From NCBI GenBank assembly GCA_951406725.2, contig OX597815.1, positions 146,630,001-146,694,000 on the forward strand: 64,000 bases of DNA, read 5' to 3'. Below are positions 44,548-55,299 of this stretch, piece after piece; position 1 is the stretch's first letter; each line of letters opens with the position of its first letter. The stretch is from Octopus vulgaris (taxonomy: Eukaryota). The notes below the pieces were generated by a model. It was not told the DNA's origin, searched no databases, and saw only the letters and a list, made by a program, of their open reading frames with translations. The translations under genes were made by a program, and so were the position numbers.

Positions 44548-44584
<37 letters not shown>

Positions 44585-44733
44585 GCAGCAGTGCGTGAAC
44601 ATGTGGATATATAACTCCGTGGAAATTCAGAGAAAATATTCACTCTATCACAATCATTGTAATGATCACCCGTGCAAACAATAACAAAAAACATGAATGA
44701 TGTAACTGATATATTGAATAGTGTCTACACACA

Positions 44734-44777
<44 letters not shown>

Positions 44778-44844
44778 AGGATGCACACACACAGACACAC
44801 ATATATCTGTAGGCTCACACAGAAAAACATATATGAATAAATAA

Positions 44845-44936
<92 letters not shown>

Positions 44937-45408
44937 GAATAAAACTGTAAAATTATTTCTCTCGCCTCTAATGTCTTTCCTTTCTAAAAGCCAAACAAAT
45001 TTTATTCTTAGATCGATAAAATATGAAGTGTTGCTGGAATATATTTGAAATATTGCTAACACATTAGCGTATACCGTCTTTCCGCCTGCAGTTAATAACA
45101 ATATTGTTGAGATGGAGTAGTTCGAGTCTTTGTGCAAGTAATTCACCTCGATTGATCGGGAGATATGTCGATTGTTTATTTGTCTGGCACGCCCCACATA
45201 TCATGGTAAGCGTACGTATCAATTGTGATGTATCTTGGTTAAATTATACACATGAACACCAGCGCATATATAGTTTTATATATATGTATATCTAATGTAT
45301 TGTAATGCCTATGTAGACATTTAGATTCACAAATACATACACACACACACGAGTGTGTGAGTGTGTGTATACAAATATATATATATATATATGTATTTAT
45401 CTATATGC

Positions 45409-45460
<52 letters not shown>

Positions 45461-45464
<4 letters not shown>

Positions 45465-46818
45465 AAACAAGTAAAAAATAGAAAATGCTAAAATAATTTA
45501 ATAGTGAACATTTCAGTACCGGTTTCGGTCATTTTGAGACCTTTTCAACTGTAACGATTAAATAATTAAATTTAGAAAAATTAGAAGAAAAGTTTTTTTA
45601 AAAGAATATTTCTATAGTAGTGTTCAGATTTAAGTGGCATTCTGCCTTTCTCTGACTCCCTTGTTTGCACTTGTGTGTTCGAGGTAGTTGTGAGTTCTTG
45701 GTAGGGTAGTAGAGGGAAGGCTGGTGAGGAAAGGGGGTGGGAGAATCTGGGAGTGCCCTGATGGTCGTATTTTGAATGGTCAGTGGCGGCTGGCAGTCTC
45801 AGTTCAATTCAGGATTGTTTATAGAATTAGCGTAGGTGTTATACTAAAAAACATTAGTGACAAACTTAAGGGGTAGGGGGTGGAGAAGAAGAAGAAGAAG
45901 AAGAAGAAGAAGAAGAAGAAGAAGGAGAAGGAGAAGATGATGGTGATGGTGGTGATGATTATGACGACGATGATGATGATAACGATGATGAAGAAGAAGA
46001 AGAAGAAGAAGAAGAAGAAGAAGAAGAAGAAGAAGAAGAAGGAGAAGGAGAAGATGGTGGTGATGATGATGACGCCGATGATGATGATAACGATGATGAT
46101 GAAGAAGAAGAAGAAGAAAAAAACAGAGAAGGGAGAATATGAATGGGTGTAAATATAGCTATGAAGGGGCTGATTAGTAATGGATTCTATGGAGTGTAGT
46201 ATTTGTGTGTGTATATATATTTTTTTTTTTATTCTAAAGTTGAGGTATATTAATTGTTTGTCGTAGACCCGTTAAGAAGTGGCTTGTATTTTGTAATAAA
46301 GAGATTTTCTTTACTTATTCTTTGTCTCGAGGTTGTATCGTCCCTAAATTGGTAGAGGGGGAAAATTCTGAAGTTTGGTGTTTTTTTGTTGGCGCAAGTA
46401 TCTATGTGTTGGCTAAAAGCTATTTTTCTGTTTTGGGGAATTTTTATCTGGGATCTGTGCAGGGCCATTCGTTTACGCAAACCATTTTTTGTTTGGCCTA
46501 TGTACTGCTCTTGACACCCGGAGCAGGTTAGTGAGTATATTAGGTTCTCCGAAGCACATGTGAAGTTGCTTTTCACTGTAAACCGTTGTCCCTGTTTGAA
46601 GGAGAACTCCGAACCCTCGATTAGATAGTCGCATATCCCGCAATTGGGTCTTCCACATTTTTTTACTGTCGGCTTCTGTGTTGAAGAGTGAATTCGGGCT
46701 TGTGTAAGGAGACTTTTCATGGATCTAGGCTGTCTTTTGCTTTTTATGATCGTGTGTGTTTGGAGGATTGTGTTCATTCTGTGGTCTTTTTTTATGAGGG
46801 GTATGTTGTGGAGGATGG
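45461..46818 (-). repeat. Inverted pseudo-LTR arm (3' part of ORF incl. GIY-YIG + 3' UTR) of the PLE
   Basis: ORF 46250-46777(-) is identical to the last 175 aa of the + ORF. Only a few differences seen versus 48523-49878. Confidence 0.95.
45514..45551 (-). ncRNA. Minimal type I hammerhead ribozyme, U3-A8 core variant (inverted copy)
   Basis: Exact reverse complement of 49788-49825. Confidence 0.8.
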
Positions 46819-49091
46819 AACCAAAAGTAATAAAAATTATTAATCTAACTCACAAGGAACTAACAGCAAACCAAATAAACATACTTTCCAAAGGACTCAA
46901 GTTTACACCCACCCCACAACACCCCAACTACAATGAAATGAAAGAAGACATCGCAGAATTCTGCAGAAAATTAAGACTTACTGAGGAGCTATACGATAAA
47001 TACAACGAGGACGAATCGTTAGCCAGAAATAGGAGTAACTACACCCCCTCGAAAGGTAAGAATAAAACACTTGATGATTTCTGTGACCACATATCAAATT
47101 ACCCATATCAACATATGCACAAACAAAAACACAAACCAAACTTCAGCAAAAAAGAATGGGCTGAGTTGAACAAATTAAAACTAGATAAAACAATAACAAT
47201 CAAAGAGGCCGATAAAGGGAGTGCTGTTGTCTTAATGGATACGACATTTTACATAACTTTGGTACTTTCTATGCTGGAAGACACAAGATACTATGAAAAG
47301 GCACAAAACTACAGTCAACAAAAAATAATGAGGGAACTAAAATCCATATTAAACCCATACAAAGCAGGGCTCACCGACAAAGAATATGATTATATGACCA
47401 ATTTCACAAGTAAAACTAGCCAATTCTACGGTATACCTAAGATCCACAAAAGTGAAAAAATAAGCAACGCATGCAAGATAGCTACAGACAAAATAATTAA
47501 AGTCCCTAATCCTAATGACCTCAAATTGAGACCCATAATAGCAGGTCCCGCATGCGAAACCCACCGCCTCAGTAACTTTTTAGACACCCTGTTAAAACCA
47601 CTCCTCAAACATGTCAAAAGCTATATAAGGGACGACTTAGATATGCTCAATCACCTACCGAATACTATAAACAAAAACACCATACTGGTATCCTTCGATG
47701 TAGTCAACCTCTACTCCAATATCCCCCACAACCTAGGACTAGAAGCAATCCAATTCTGGCTAGAGAATCACGCCAACGAACTACCACACCGCATCAAAAA
47801 AGAATTTGTGATAGAAGGGGTTAAATTCATCCTGGAAAATAACTTCTTCGCCTTCAATGACAACTTCTACCGACAAAAATCGGGGACTGCGATGGGTACA
47901 CGAATGGCCCCCTCCTTTGCCAACCTAGTCATAGGATACCTAGAGATCAGTCTGTATCGTAAGGTTCTAGAAAGATATGGCAGCCCTTTCTCCATCTACA
48001 TAGAAAACAACTGGAAGAGATATCTAGATGACTGTTTCATCCTTTGGCATAAAAATATAGAAAAACTCATAGAATTCCAGAAAATTTTAAACGGACTGGA
48101 CGTAAACATCCAATTCACGATGGAATATAGCCAACAACAACTCCCCTTCCTCGATATCCTCATTAAGAAAGCTAATAATATAATAGAAACAGACATATAC
48201 TATAAGCCTACAGACTCTAAGCAATATCTTCCATTCAATTCATGCCACCCCAGACACACCAGGATGAATATCCCCTTCAATCTAGCAAAAAGGATATGCA
48301 CTATAGTCTCTAACGCAAACACCAGAGACACACGACTACAAGAACTAAAAGATACCCTAATCACCAGGAACTATCCACCTTCACTTATTGACAAGTGCAT
48401 TCAACGTGCCCTTCAACTTAACATCAAGGAACTGAGACATCCCAAATCAAAGAAAAACTTACAACCAAAAGCCTTACCATACATCTCCACACACAACCCT
48501 CTCAATAACGAAGCCTTCGACACCATCCTCCACAACATACCCCTCCTAAAAAAAGACCACAGAATGAACACAATCCTCCAAACACACACGATCATAAAAA
48601 GCAAAAGACAGCCTAGATCCATGAAAAGTCTCCTTACACAAGCCCGAATTCACTCTTCAACACAGAAGCCGACAGTAAAAAAATGTGGAAGACCCAATTG
48701 CGGGATATGCGACTATCTAATCGAGGGTTCGGAGTTCTCCTTCAAACAGGGACAACGGTTTACAGTGAAAAGCAACTTCACATGTGCTTCGGAGAACCTA
48801 ATATACTCACTAACCTGCTCCGGGTGTCAAGAGCAGTACATAGGCCAAACAAAAAATGGTTTGCGTAAACGAATGGCCCTGCACAGATCCCAGATAAAAA
48901 TTCCCCAAAACAGAAAAATAGCTTTTAGCCAACACATAGATACTTGCGCCAACAAAAAAACACCAAACTTCAGAATTTTCCCCCTCTACCAATTTAGGGA
49001 CGATACAACCTCGAGACAAAGAATAAGTAAAGAAAATCTCTTTATTACAAAATACAAGCCACTTCTTAACGGGTCTACGACAAACAATTAA
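46815..49091 (+). CDS. PLE reverse transcriptase + C-terminal GIY-YIG endonuclease (ORF track start 46719; residues up to the Met at 46815 are antisense sequence from the inverted arm)
   Basis: PLE motifs: INLT..LSKGLKFTP, ADKG, LRPII, FDVVNLYSNIP, GTAMGTRMAPSFANL, RYLDD, LPFLD, YYKPT, FNSCHP. Cys-rich linker CGRPNCGIC..C, then LIYSLTCSGCQEQYIG...H...H...E...LN. No stops or frameshifts. Confidence 0.95.
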   Translation: MEPKVIKIINLTHKELTANQINILSKGLKFTPTPQHPNYNEMKEDIAEFCRKLRLTEELYDKYNEDESLARNRSNYTPSKGKNKTLDDFCDHISNYPYQHMHKQKHKPNFSKKEWAELNKLKLDKTITIKEADKGSAVVLMDTTFYITLVLSMLEDTRYYEKAQNYSQQKIMRELKSILNPYKAGLTDKEYDYMTNFTSKTSQFYGIPKIHKSEKISNACKIATDKIIKVPNPNDLKLRPIIAGPACETHRLSNFLDTLLKPLLKHVKSYIRDDLDMLNHLPNTINKNTILVSFDVVNLYSNIPHNLGLEAIQFWLENHANELPHRIKKEFVIEGVKFILENNFFAFNDNFYRQKSGTAMGTRMAPSFANLVIGYLEISLYRKVLERYGSPFSIYIENNWKRYLDDCFILWHKNIEKLIEFQKILNGLDVNIQFTMEYSQQQLPFLDILIKKANNIIETDIYYKPTDSKQYLPFNSCHPRHTRMNIPFNLAKRICTIVSNANTRDTRLQELKDTLITRNYPPSLIDKCIQRALQLNIKELRHPKSKKNLQPKALPYISTHNPLNNEAFDTILHNIPLLKKDHRMNTILQTHTIIKSKRQPRSMKSLLTQARIHSSTQKPTVKKCGRPNCGICDYLIEGSEFSFKQGQRFTVKSNFTCASENLIYSLTCSGCQEQYIGQTKNGLRKRMALHRSQIKIPQNRKIAFSQHIDTCANKKTPNFRIFPLYQFRDDTTSRQRISKENLFITKYKPLLNGSTTNN

Positions 49092-49787
49092 TATACCTCA
49101 ACTTTAGAATAAAAGAAAAAAATATATATACACACACAAATACTACACTCCATAGAATCCATTACTAATCAGCCCCTTCATAGCTATATTTACACCCATT
49201 CATATTCTCCCTTCTCTGTTTTTTTCTTCTTCTTCTTCATCATCATCGTTATCATCATCATCGGCGTCATCATCATCACCACCATCTTCTCCTTCTCCTT
49301 CTTCTTCTTCTTCTTCTTCTTCTTCTTCTTCTTCTTCTTCTTCTTCTTCATCATCGTTATCATCATCATCGTCGTCATAATCATCACCACCATCACCATC
49401 ATCTTCTCCTTCTCCTTCTTCTTCTTCTTCTTCTTCTTCTTCTTCTTCTTCTTCTCCACCCCCTACCCCTTAAGTTTGTCACTAATGTTTTTTAGTATAA
49501 CACCTACGCTAATTCTATAAACAATCCTGAATTGAACTGAGACTGCCAGCCGCCACTGACCATTCAAAATACGACCATCAGGGCACTCCCAGATTCTCCC
49601 ACCCCCTTTCCTCACCAGCCTTCCCTCTACTACCCTACCAAGAACTCACAACTACCTCGAACACACAAGTGCAAACAAGGGAGTCAGAGAAAGGCAGAAT
49701 GCCACTTAAATCTGAACACTACTATAGAAATATTCTTTTAAAAAAACTTTTCTTCTAATTTTTCTAAATTTAATTATTTAATCGTTA

Positions 49788-49825
49788 CAGTTGAAAAGGT
49801 CTCAAAATGACCGAAACCGGTACTG
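49788..49825 (+). ncRNA. Minimal type I hammerhead ribozyme, U3-A8 core variant
   Basis: cag-TTGAAAA-ggtc(tcaaaat)gacc-GAAA-ccgg-TA-ctg: stem I cag/ctg, stem II ggtc/gacc, palindromic stem III ACCGGT, GUA cleavage triplet; located in the PLE 3' UTR. Confidence 0.8.
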
Positions 49826-49911
49826 AAATGTTCACTATTAAATTATTTTAGCATTTTCTATTTTTTACTTGTTTTTTCATATATATCAACTCGTGTGTTC
49901 CTTTTCACCCT

Positions 49912-49942
<31 letters not shown>

Positions 49943-50450
49943 CTATCTATCTATCTATATAGATATATAGACAGATAGATTGATCTGTATGCATGTGATT
50001 CTATATGTCTCTTATGTGTAACTATATGTGTGTGTGTGAGCGTTTGTAAATATATAACATAAAATGTGTGTGACACTGTTTCTATGCGAGTGTATCTTTT
50101 ATCTGCTTGGAGCGACGCATGCCGATCTGTATATTTAACCTGTCTTTCACGTGTGCTAAGTGAATTATTACACATTTTACAGCTGTCTTTGTTGACAGTT
50201 ACTAAGTTCAACCGGTAAGAATATGAATATGTTCGTACCAGACGTGTTATGCTGAAAATTACGACCTCAGTGAATGTTTCCATTGAACGTTAGTTGTTAG
50301 TTGACTTTCCAGGGCCACTAAATCATATATATTGGTGAAATGTAGTTTCTTTCTATCTCTCTTTCACGTACACGATGCCTCACTCTTAATTACTTTCAGT
50401 CTTTCAGGTAGCAGTTCTGGCATGGTTTAGATCACAGACACATTTATGTC

Positions 50451-50506
<56 letters not shown>

Positions 50507-51286
50507 ATAAAAGAGGAAGACAGGTGTACTAACAACAAGCTGGTTTATAAGTTTGACGCTCTAGATGAATGAATATTTGACATCACGATCCTACTGTCTT
50601 CGACAGAAAGTATTAAGAGGAAAAACTGGAGAATGATCGAACAAAACGGAGAGAGAAGTAATGAATACCCAAATTTATATATTTCTGTTTGTCGTTAATT
50701 AATCTCTAAATATTTCCTTGATAATGAAATGTGAATTAGAACTGAAGTAAATTTATGTAAAATCTCTGCCCATGAAGAAAGAATGGTCATTATATTTTTA
50801 GTGTTTCTGATTTATGGCATGATGTGCAGAAAACAGATATTGTTCTATCGAGCAGACGTAACAAAAAATATATAAATTATCTTATCCGCTAATGTTTTTC
50901 CTGATTGCATGACTGGTTTACATAGTAGTTGACCTGTGTTTCTGATTCGGGAACGCATCAAAATAGCTCTCTGTGTTGCGGTCAAGACTTCGTAAAACTG
51001 GTTGTCAGGTTAATCCATCCCTACTTTTCCCCAGCGCATCAATAACTGAAAGAAAATGTTTATATAATTTCGTTCTTTGTACATTTAAATTAATTTCAGC
51101 GTTCATCTGATTTAAGCGCTGCATATTATTTATGCACGTACACACACGCATACATACACACGCAGAGAAGGTATACACTCTAACATTCACATACTTATAC
51201 ACACCGAGTCAGACGTCGTGATAGACCGTTAGACACTACCCACATTACTTTCTCTCCTTGTTTCTCTCCGTGTTTTTTCTGTGTAC

Positions 51287-51322
51287 CTTTCTATAGAAGA
51301 GCGTAGGCTCGAAACGTAAAAG
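51287..51322 (+). ncRNA. Hammerhead-like motif with atypical core
   Basis: cttt-CTATAGAA-gagc(gtag)gctc-GAAA-cg-TA-aaag; stems I and II pair and stem III is palindromic ACGT, but the 5' core deviates from CUGANGA. Confidence 0.5.
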
Positions 51323-51412
51323 ACTTTTTCTATTCCTGAGCACTATACTAATACATCTGTTTGTTTTGTACACCACCTGTCTTCGTCTTTTGTTTCTTTT
51401 TTCGTAAACTTT

Positions 51413-51449
<37 letters not shown>

Positions 51450-53658
51450 AGAAACAAGAGATGAAGAAATATTCTTGCCTCTCCTAAACAGCTTTACCAT
51501 ATATATATATATATATAACACCTAGTTAGAGGAAACTATATCCCAGTTCCGAATCCCTGCTTAATATCTTTCTCGCTATTCCCAATGGTAAAGCTGTTTA
51601 GGAGAGGCAAGAATATTTCTTCATCTTTTCTTGTTTCTTAATAAATATAAAAGATTTATAGAAATCTATAATAGTGGCGTGATTGGCATGAATATTTTGT
51701 ATAAATATAGTTTCTTGTATGCATTCATTTCTTTTATATTCGTGTAACACTCACGTGAGACAAGACTGACAGATATTTCTTTAAAATGATTTTTTTGGTT
51801 ATTTTACTGAAACTTTGAAGAAAAGAATGCCGTGTAGCAAGATAGATTCACACAGCGTCGTTAGAAAATAACTATGCATTCATAATATTTAAATGTTGAT
51901 ACATACACACCTCTACGCAACCATGTACTTACATTCGTATATTCACATATAGATACATAAGAACTAGGTGCCACATTATCAACATAATTATCATTAAGAA
52001 GTAAACCCACAATAATACACAAAAACAGTAACACTTAGCAATATTGTGGCGTATTCTGATGAGGCTATTTATCAGTAGTATACACCGATGATCGGTTTTC
52101 CTCCCAAACTTCGTCCTAGACCTCAGGGACCCAACTGCGTATTGTCTAACAGCAGATATTCTTTCGCAGAGAACAATGCGCTTATTCATTAACACTGTGC
52201 TTCCAAACTCCAACTTGTTGGTACCTAGATACCACACGAATATTCTGCAACAACTGTGGAAGCTGGTGAGTGGAAACCTCTTCCAATTGACTCATGAAAA
52301 TTTTATTTACTTGAACTGCGAAAAAATTGCCCGAACTTGCTCTTCCCCATAAATACAAACCTCAGATGGTTTCAAATGCTATGCCTACACTGTCTCTGAT
52401 GATCTTCCCCCTGTCGAACGCACATCCTCAACAAAGAAAAGGTTGTAGCCAAAAAAAGCTTACTTATCTAAAACTTGAAAAACCTTTCATCAGAGAGCTT
52501 GAGTTGCTGCATTTATGATAATAGACTTCAGCAGGTTTAATTAATTTAATATCATCTCCTTTTTGCGAAATAGTCGTAGAATTCAATATATAGATTATAT
52601 ATTGATATATTGGTATTTCAGGTATATTGGTTCCATATACCTGAAAGGTTTTAGCTCATTCTGGAAGAAAGAAATCCGTGGTAAAAAGCTCCATGTTGTC
52701 ATCATCAGTCCATCGATAAACAAAAAGCATTTTAAGTTTGATTTCACTTCTTTTAAAAACTTAGACGGTGGTTTGACAGAGATTTACCTGCTGTTTCTGG
52801 AAGGCAGCCTGAAGAAGTTTAGGTGTAAATGCTTTAGTCGTTTCTCGGGGCAGCAATTTTGAAAAGAATGTGTTAGTCTCCATCAAACCCCACAATCTTT
52901 AGAGCTACCTAATTATACTGATCCAAGAGGTATAAAAGAAAAATATCCCCTCGAAGGGATTTGAACTGGCAGCTTAAGAAACAGCTTAAGGAACAAATTC
53001 GCAAGTAAATTCTGACTTTGCTCTAGCGATGTAACTAGTTGGCCAACATGACGACGTAATTAGCAGGATGTGCATTGTGGTTAGACCTGTCGTATACGAC
53101 TGTAGTTTCAAACCACACTGATTTCCATTTTGGACTTGCAGATAGATAATCTATTATCATCGCTATGTTGTTCAAGTATACAGTCAATATAGAAGTTAAT
53201 ATTAAGTATTTATAAAACTTGCAGCTTATATATATTGATTTGTGTAATTTCCAATAATATATTTGATCAGTAAACCACTAAGAAGTGTCACATTACTACA
53301 GAGAATTATCATGCCAACGACATCAATAGAATTTTATTAAACATTGAAAGCTCGGGTTATAATTAGAAAACTTTAACGTCTTTCCGAGTCTGCATGCAAT
53401 GAAGTTTAATCATAGATTTAGTTTAATCATAGATTTAGTATTAATGTGCATCGCTAACATTATACATGAATATCATATCATGACTCTATTTGGTATTTAG
53501 TTAGCAGTTTCAGCATCAGATGTTCTACGAAATATCTGACCGGATATACATATAGAAAATAATATTTATACAATACAAACAGTTAATCACTTTCAAAAGC
53601 CCTACCAAAACGAAAATGTATGGATGGATGAATAAATCACTGAAAATTTGATGTGATA

Positions 53659-53720
<62 letters not shown>

Positions 53721-53829
53721 ATGTATATCTATATTTATGTATACATACATATATACAGATGTATGTGTATGTGTACGGACGTGTGTATGAATATACTTAT
53801 GTGTATATATGATTATGCATATGTATATA

Positions 53830-54548
53830 AATGAAGGTGTACTTTTTCAATAGACTCTTAAACAAACGGAAAATCCTACAGAAGATGATTTGCTTTAATT
53901 TTTCTCAAACGAGAAATACATCGACCAAGATAAAAAAAGTAACAGAAGAAATGACAGATGGTTATGTGCAGACCCTTCTGAAATTCCAAGTGTTATGCGT
54001 CCAAAATTTCCTACAACTGTCATGGTTTTAGGGGTTTTCAGCAATGAAAGATATGTGATGCCTCCTTACTACTTTCCACAAGGCCTTAGAGTTAAATCTG
54101 CCGCCTAAACCGAGGTCCTGGAAATAATTGTTAGATAGTGTATGCAATGGAAGGCCATATGTGATTCAGTAAGACTCTGCACTATCACACATGGCTCTAG
54201 TAACGCAGGAGTGGATGGCTGATGATTTTCATGATCATATAACCCCTAACATTTGGCCTCTTAATTCCCCAGATCTCAATACATTAGACTATTACATGTG
54301 AAGCGTTGTTGAGAGATGTCAATGAACGCGGCCATAACACCAAAGATTCTATGAAAGCTGCCATAGTCATAGTAATGGCCAAAATGAACCAGGGCCACTT
54401 GATTCGAGCATGTAGATGATATAGAAGCATTTGCCCAAGCTGACGGTGGCTTTCTTGAATAACATTATAGAAAAGAAGGTTTATTTTTATTCACAAAGCA
54501 GGTTTTGTAAATAAAGTTATCTGTCCCAAAATATCTTACGTACCCTAT
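53830..54548 (+). mobile_element. Decayed maT (DD37D) transposon, catalytic region and right end
   Basis: FSNEK..Q...NRRNDRWL; YVIQ*DSALSH...WPLNSPDLNTLDYY with 37 residues between the last two Asp; ends ...cttacgtacccta|TA. Confidence 0.85.
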
Positions 54549-55107
54549 ATATATATATATATAATATTTTTAATTAAACGGACAATGCACATTCTTATAT
54601 TTATTTCATTTGCCAACATTACAAAGAGGGTAGATATATAGACGGAGAGGTTAATTTCATCATTAAGAACATGGTGGCAGTATGTTCTTCTCCGGTTGTA
54701 AATTTTTTATCACTGAGTTCACTTTGTTATTTAGATCTATCAGTGGGAAGGTTGGTTTCTATTCTTGGTTGAATGGAGACAAACAAGAACTTTTTCTATT
54801 TATAGATAGAGGAAGGGGTAGTACAAATGTCAAAGCCATAAATCCATCCTCATTTTGAGGAATTTAGTTAAGGCATAATTGAATGTATTATAGCAAAAGC
54901 TAGTAGGCTGAATTTAGTGGGGTAGGAATAATAGAGATTACTAATGCTCTCGAGGTTTTCAATGCCCCTTACCATTTAACAGCCATAATTCTCTATTGTG
55001 AATTTTAAATAAATATATTTTATATAATTTTCCAAAGGATTCCAATAAATATTAGTATCTTATATAGGGATAGAAAATATAGAAATCATTTCATATTTAT
55101 ATAAATA

Positions 55108-55177
<70 letters not shown>

Positions 55178-55299
55178 CATTTCTATTAACATAGAGCCAT
55201 AGGTAGTTAGTAAATAGTGATTTATTTTATTAATGAGTTAAATTAAAAGAATATGCTAGACATAGTATTTACTAACTGTGGAAAAAAATTAATAGAAAT

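Larger units (their letters stand above)
44186..44555. mobile_element. ORF-less foldback element (PLE 3'-end inverted duplication) carrying two hammerheads
   Basis: Arms ~44186-44349 and ~44392-44555 are near-perfect reverse complements with a ~42 bp spacer. TA-rich flanks. The distal part matches 56090-56145. Confidence 0.85.
45461..49916 (+). mobile_element. Penelope-like retroelement (Neptune-type), young, with inverted 5' duplication of its 3' end, inserted in (TA)n
   Basis: RT-EN ORF on +. 45461-46818 is a near-identical reverse complement of 48523-49878. (TA)n tracts flank both ends. An HHR motif lies near the outer end of each arm. Confidence 0.95.

Noticed and set aside
44196-44602. 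Two similar ORFs on opposite strands (MELNEELTKF.../MELNDELTKF...)
   Set aside because: A consequence of the inverted repeat; no recognisable protein, and the conserved signal is RNA structure.
46719-46814. Hydrophobic N-terminal 'signal/TM' segment of the PLE ORF
   Set aside because: Antisense translation of the inverted arm (matches ORF 48413-48622 minus), not an evolved peptide.
52057-52100. CTGATGA core match; similar isolated matches near 16398 and 16976
   Set aside because: No GAAA with closing stems; likely chance or too decayed to support.
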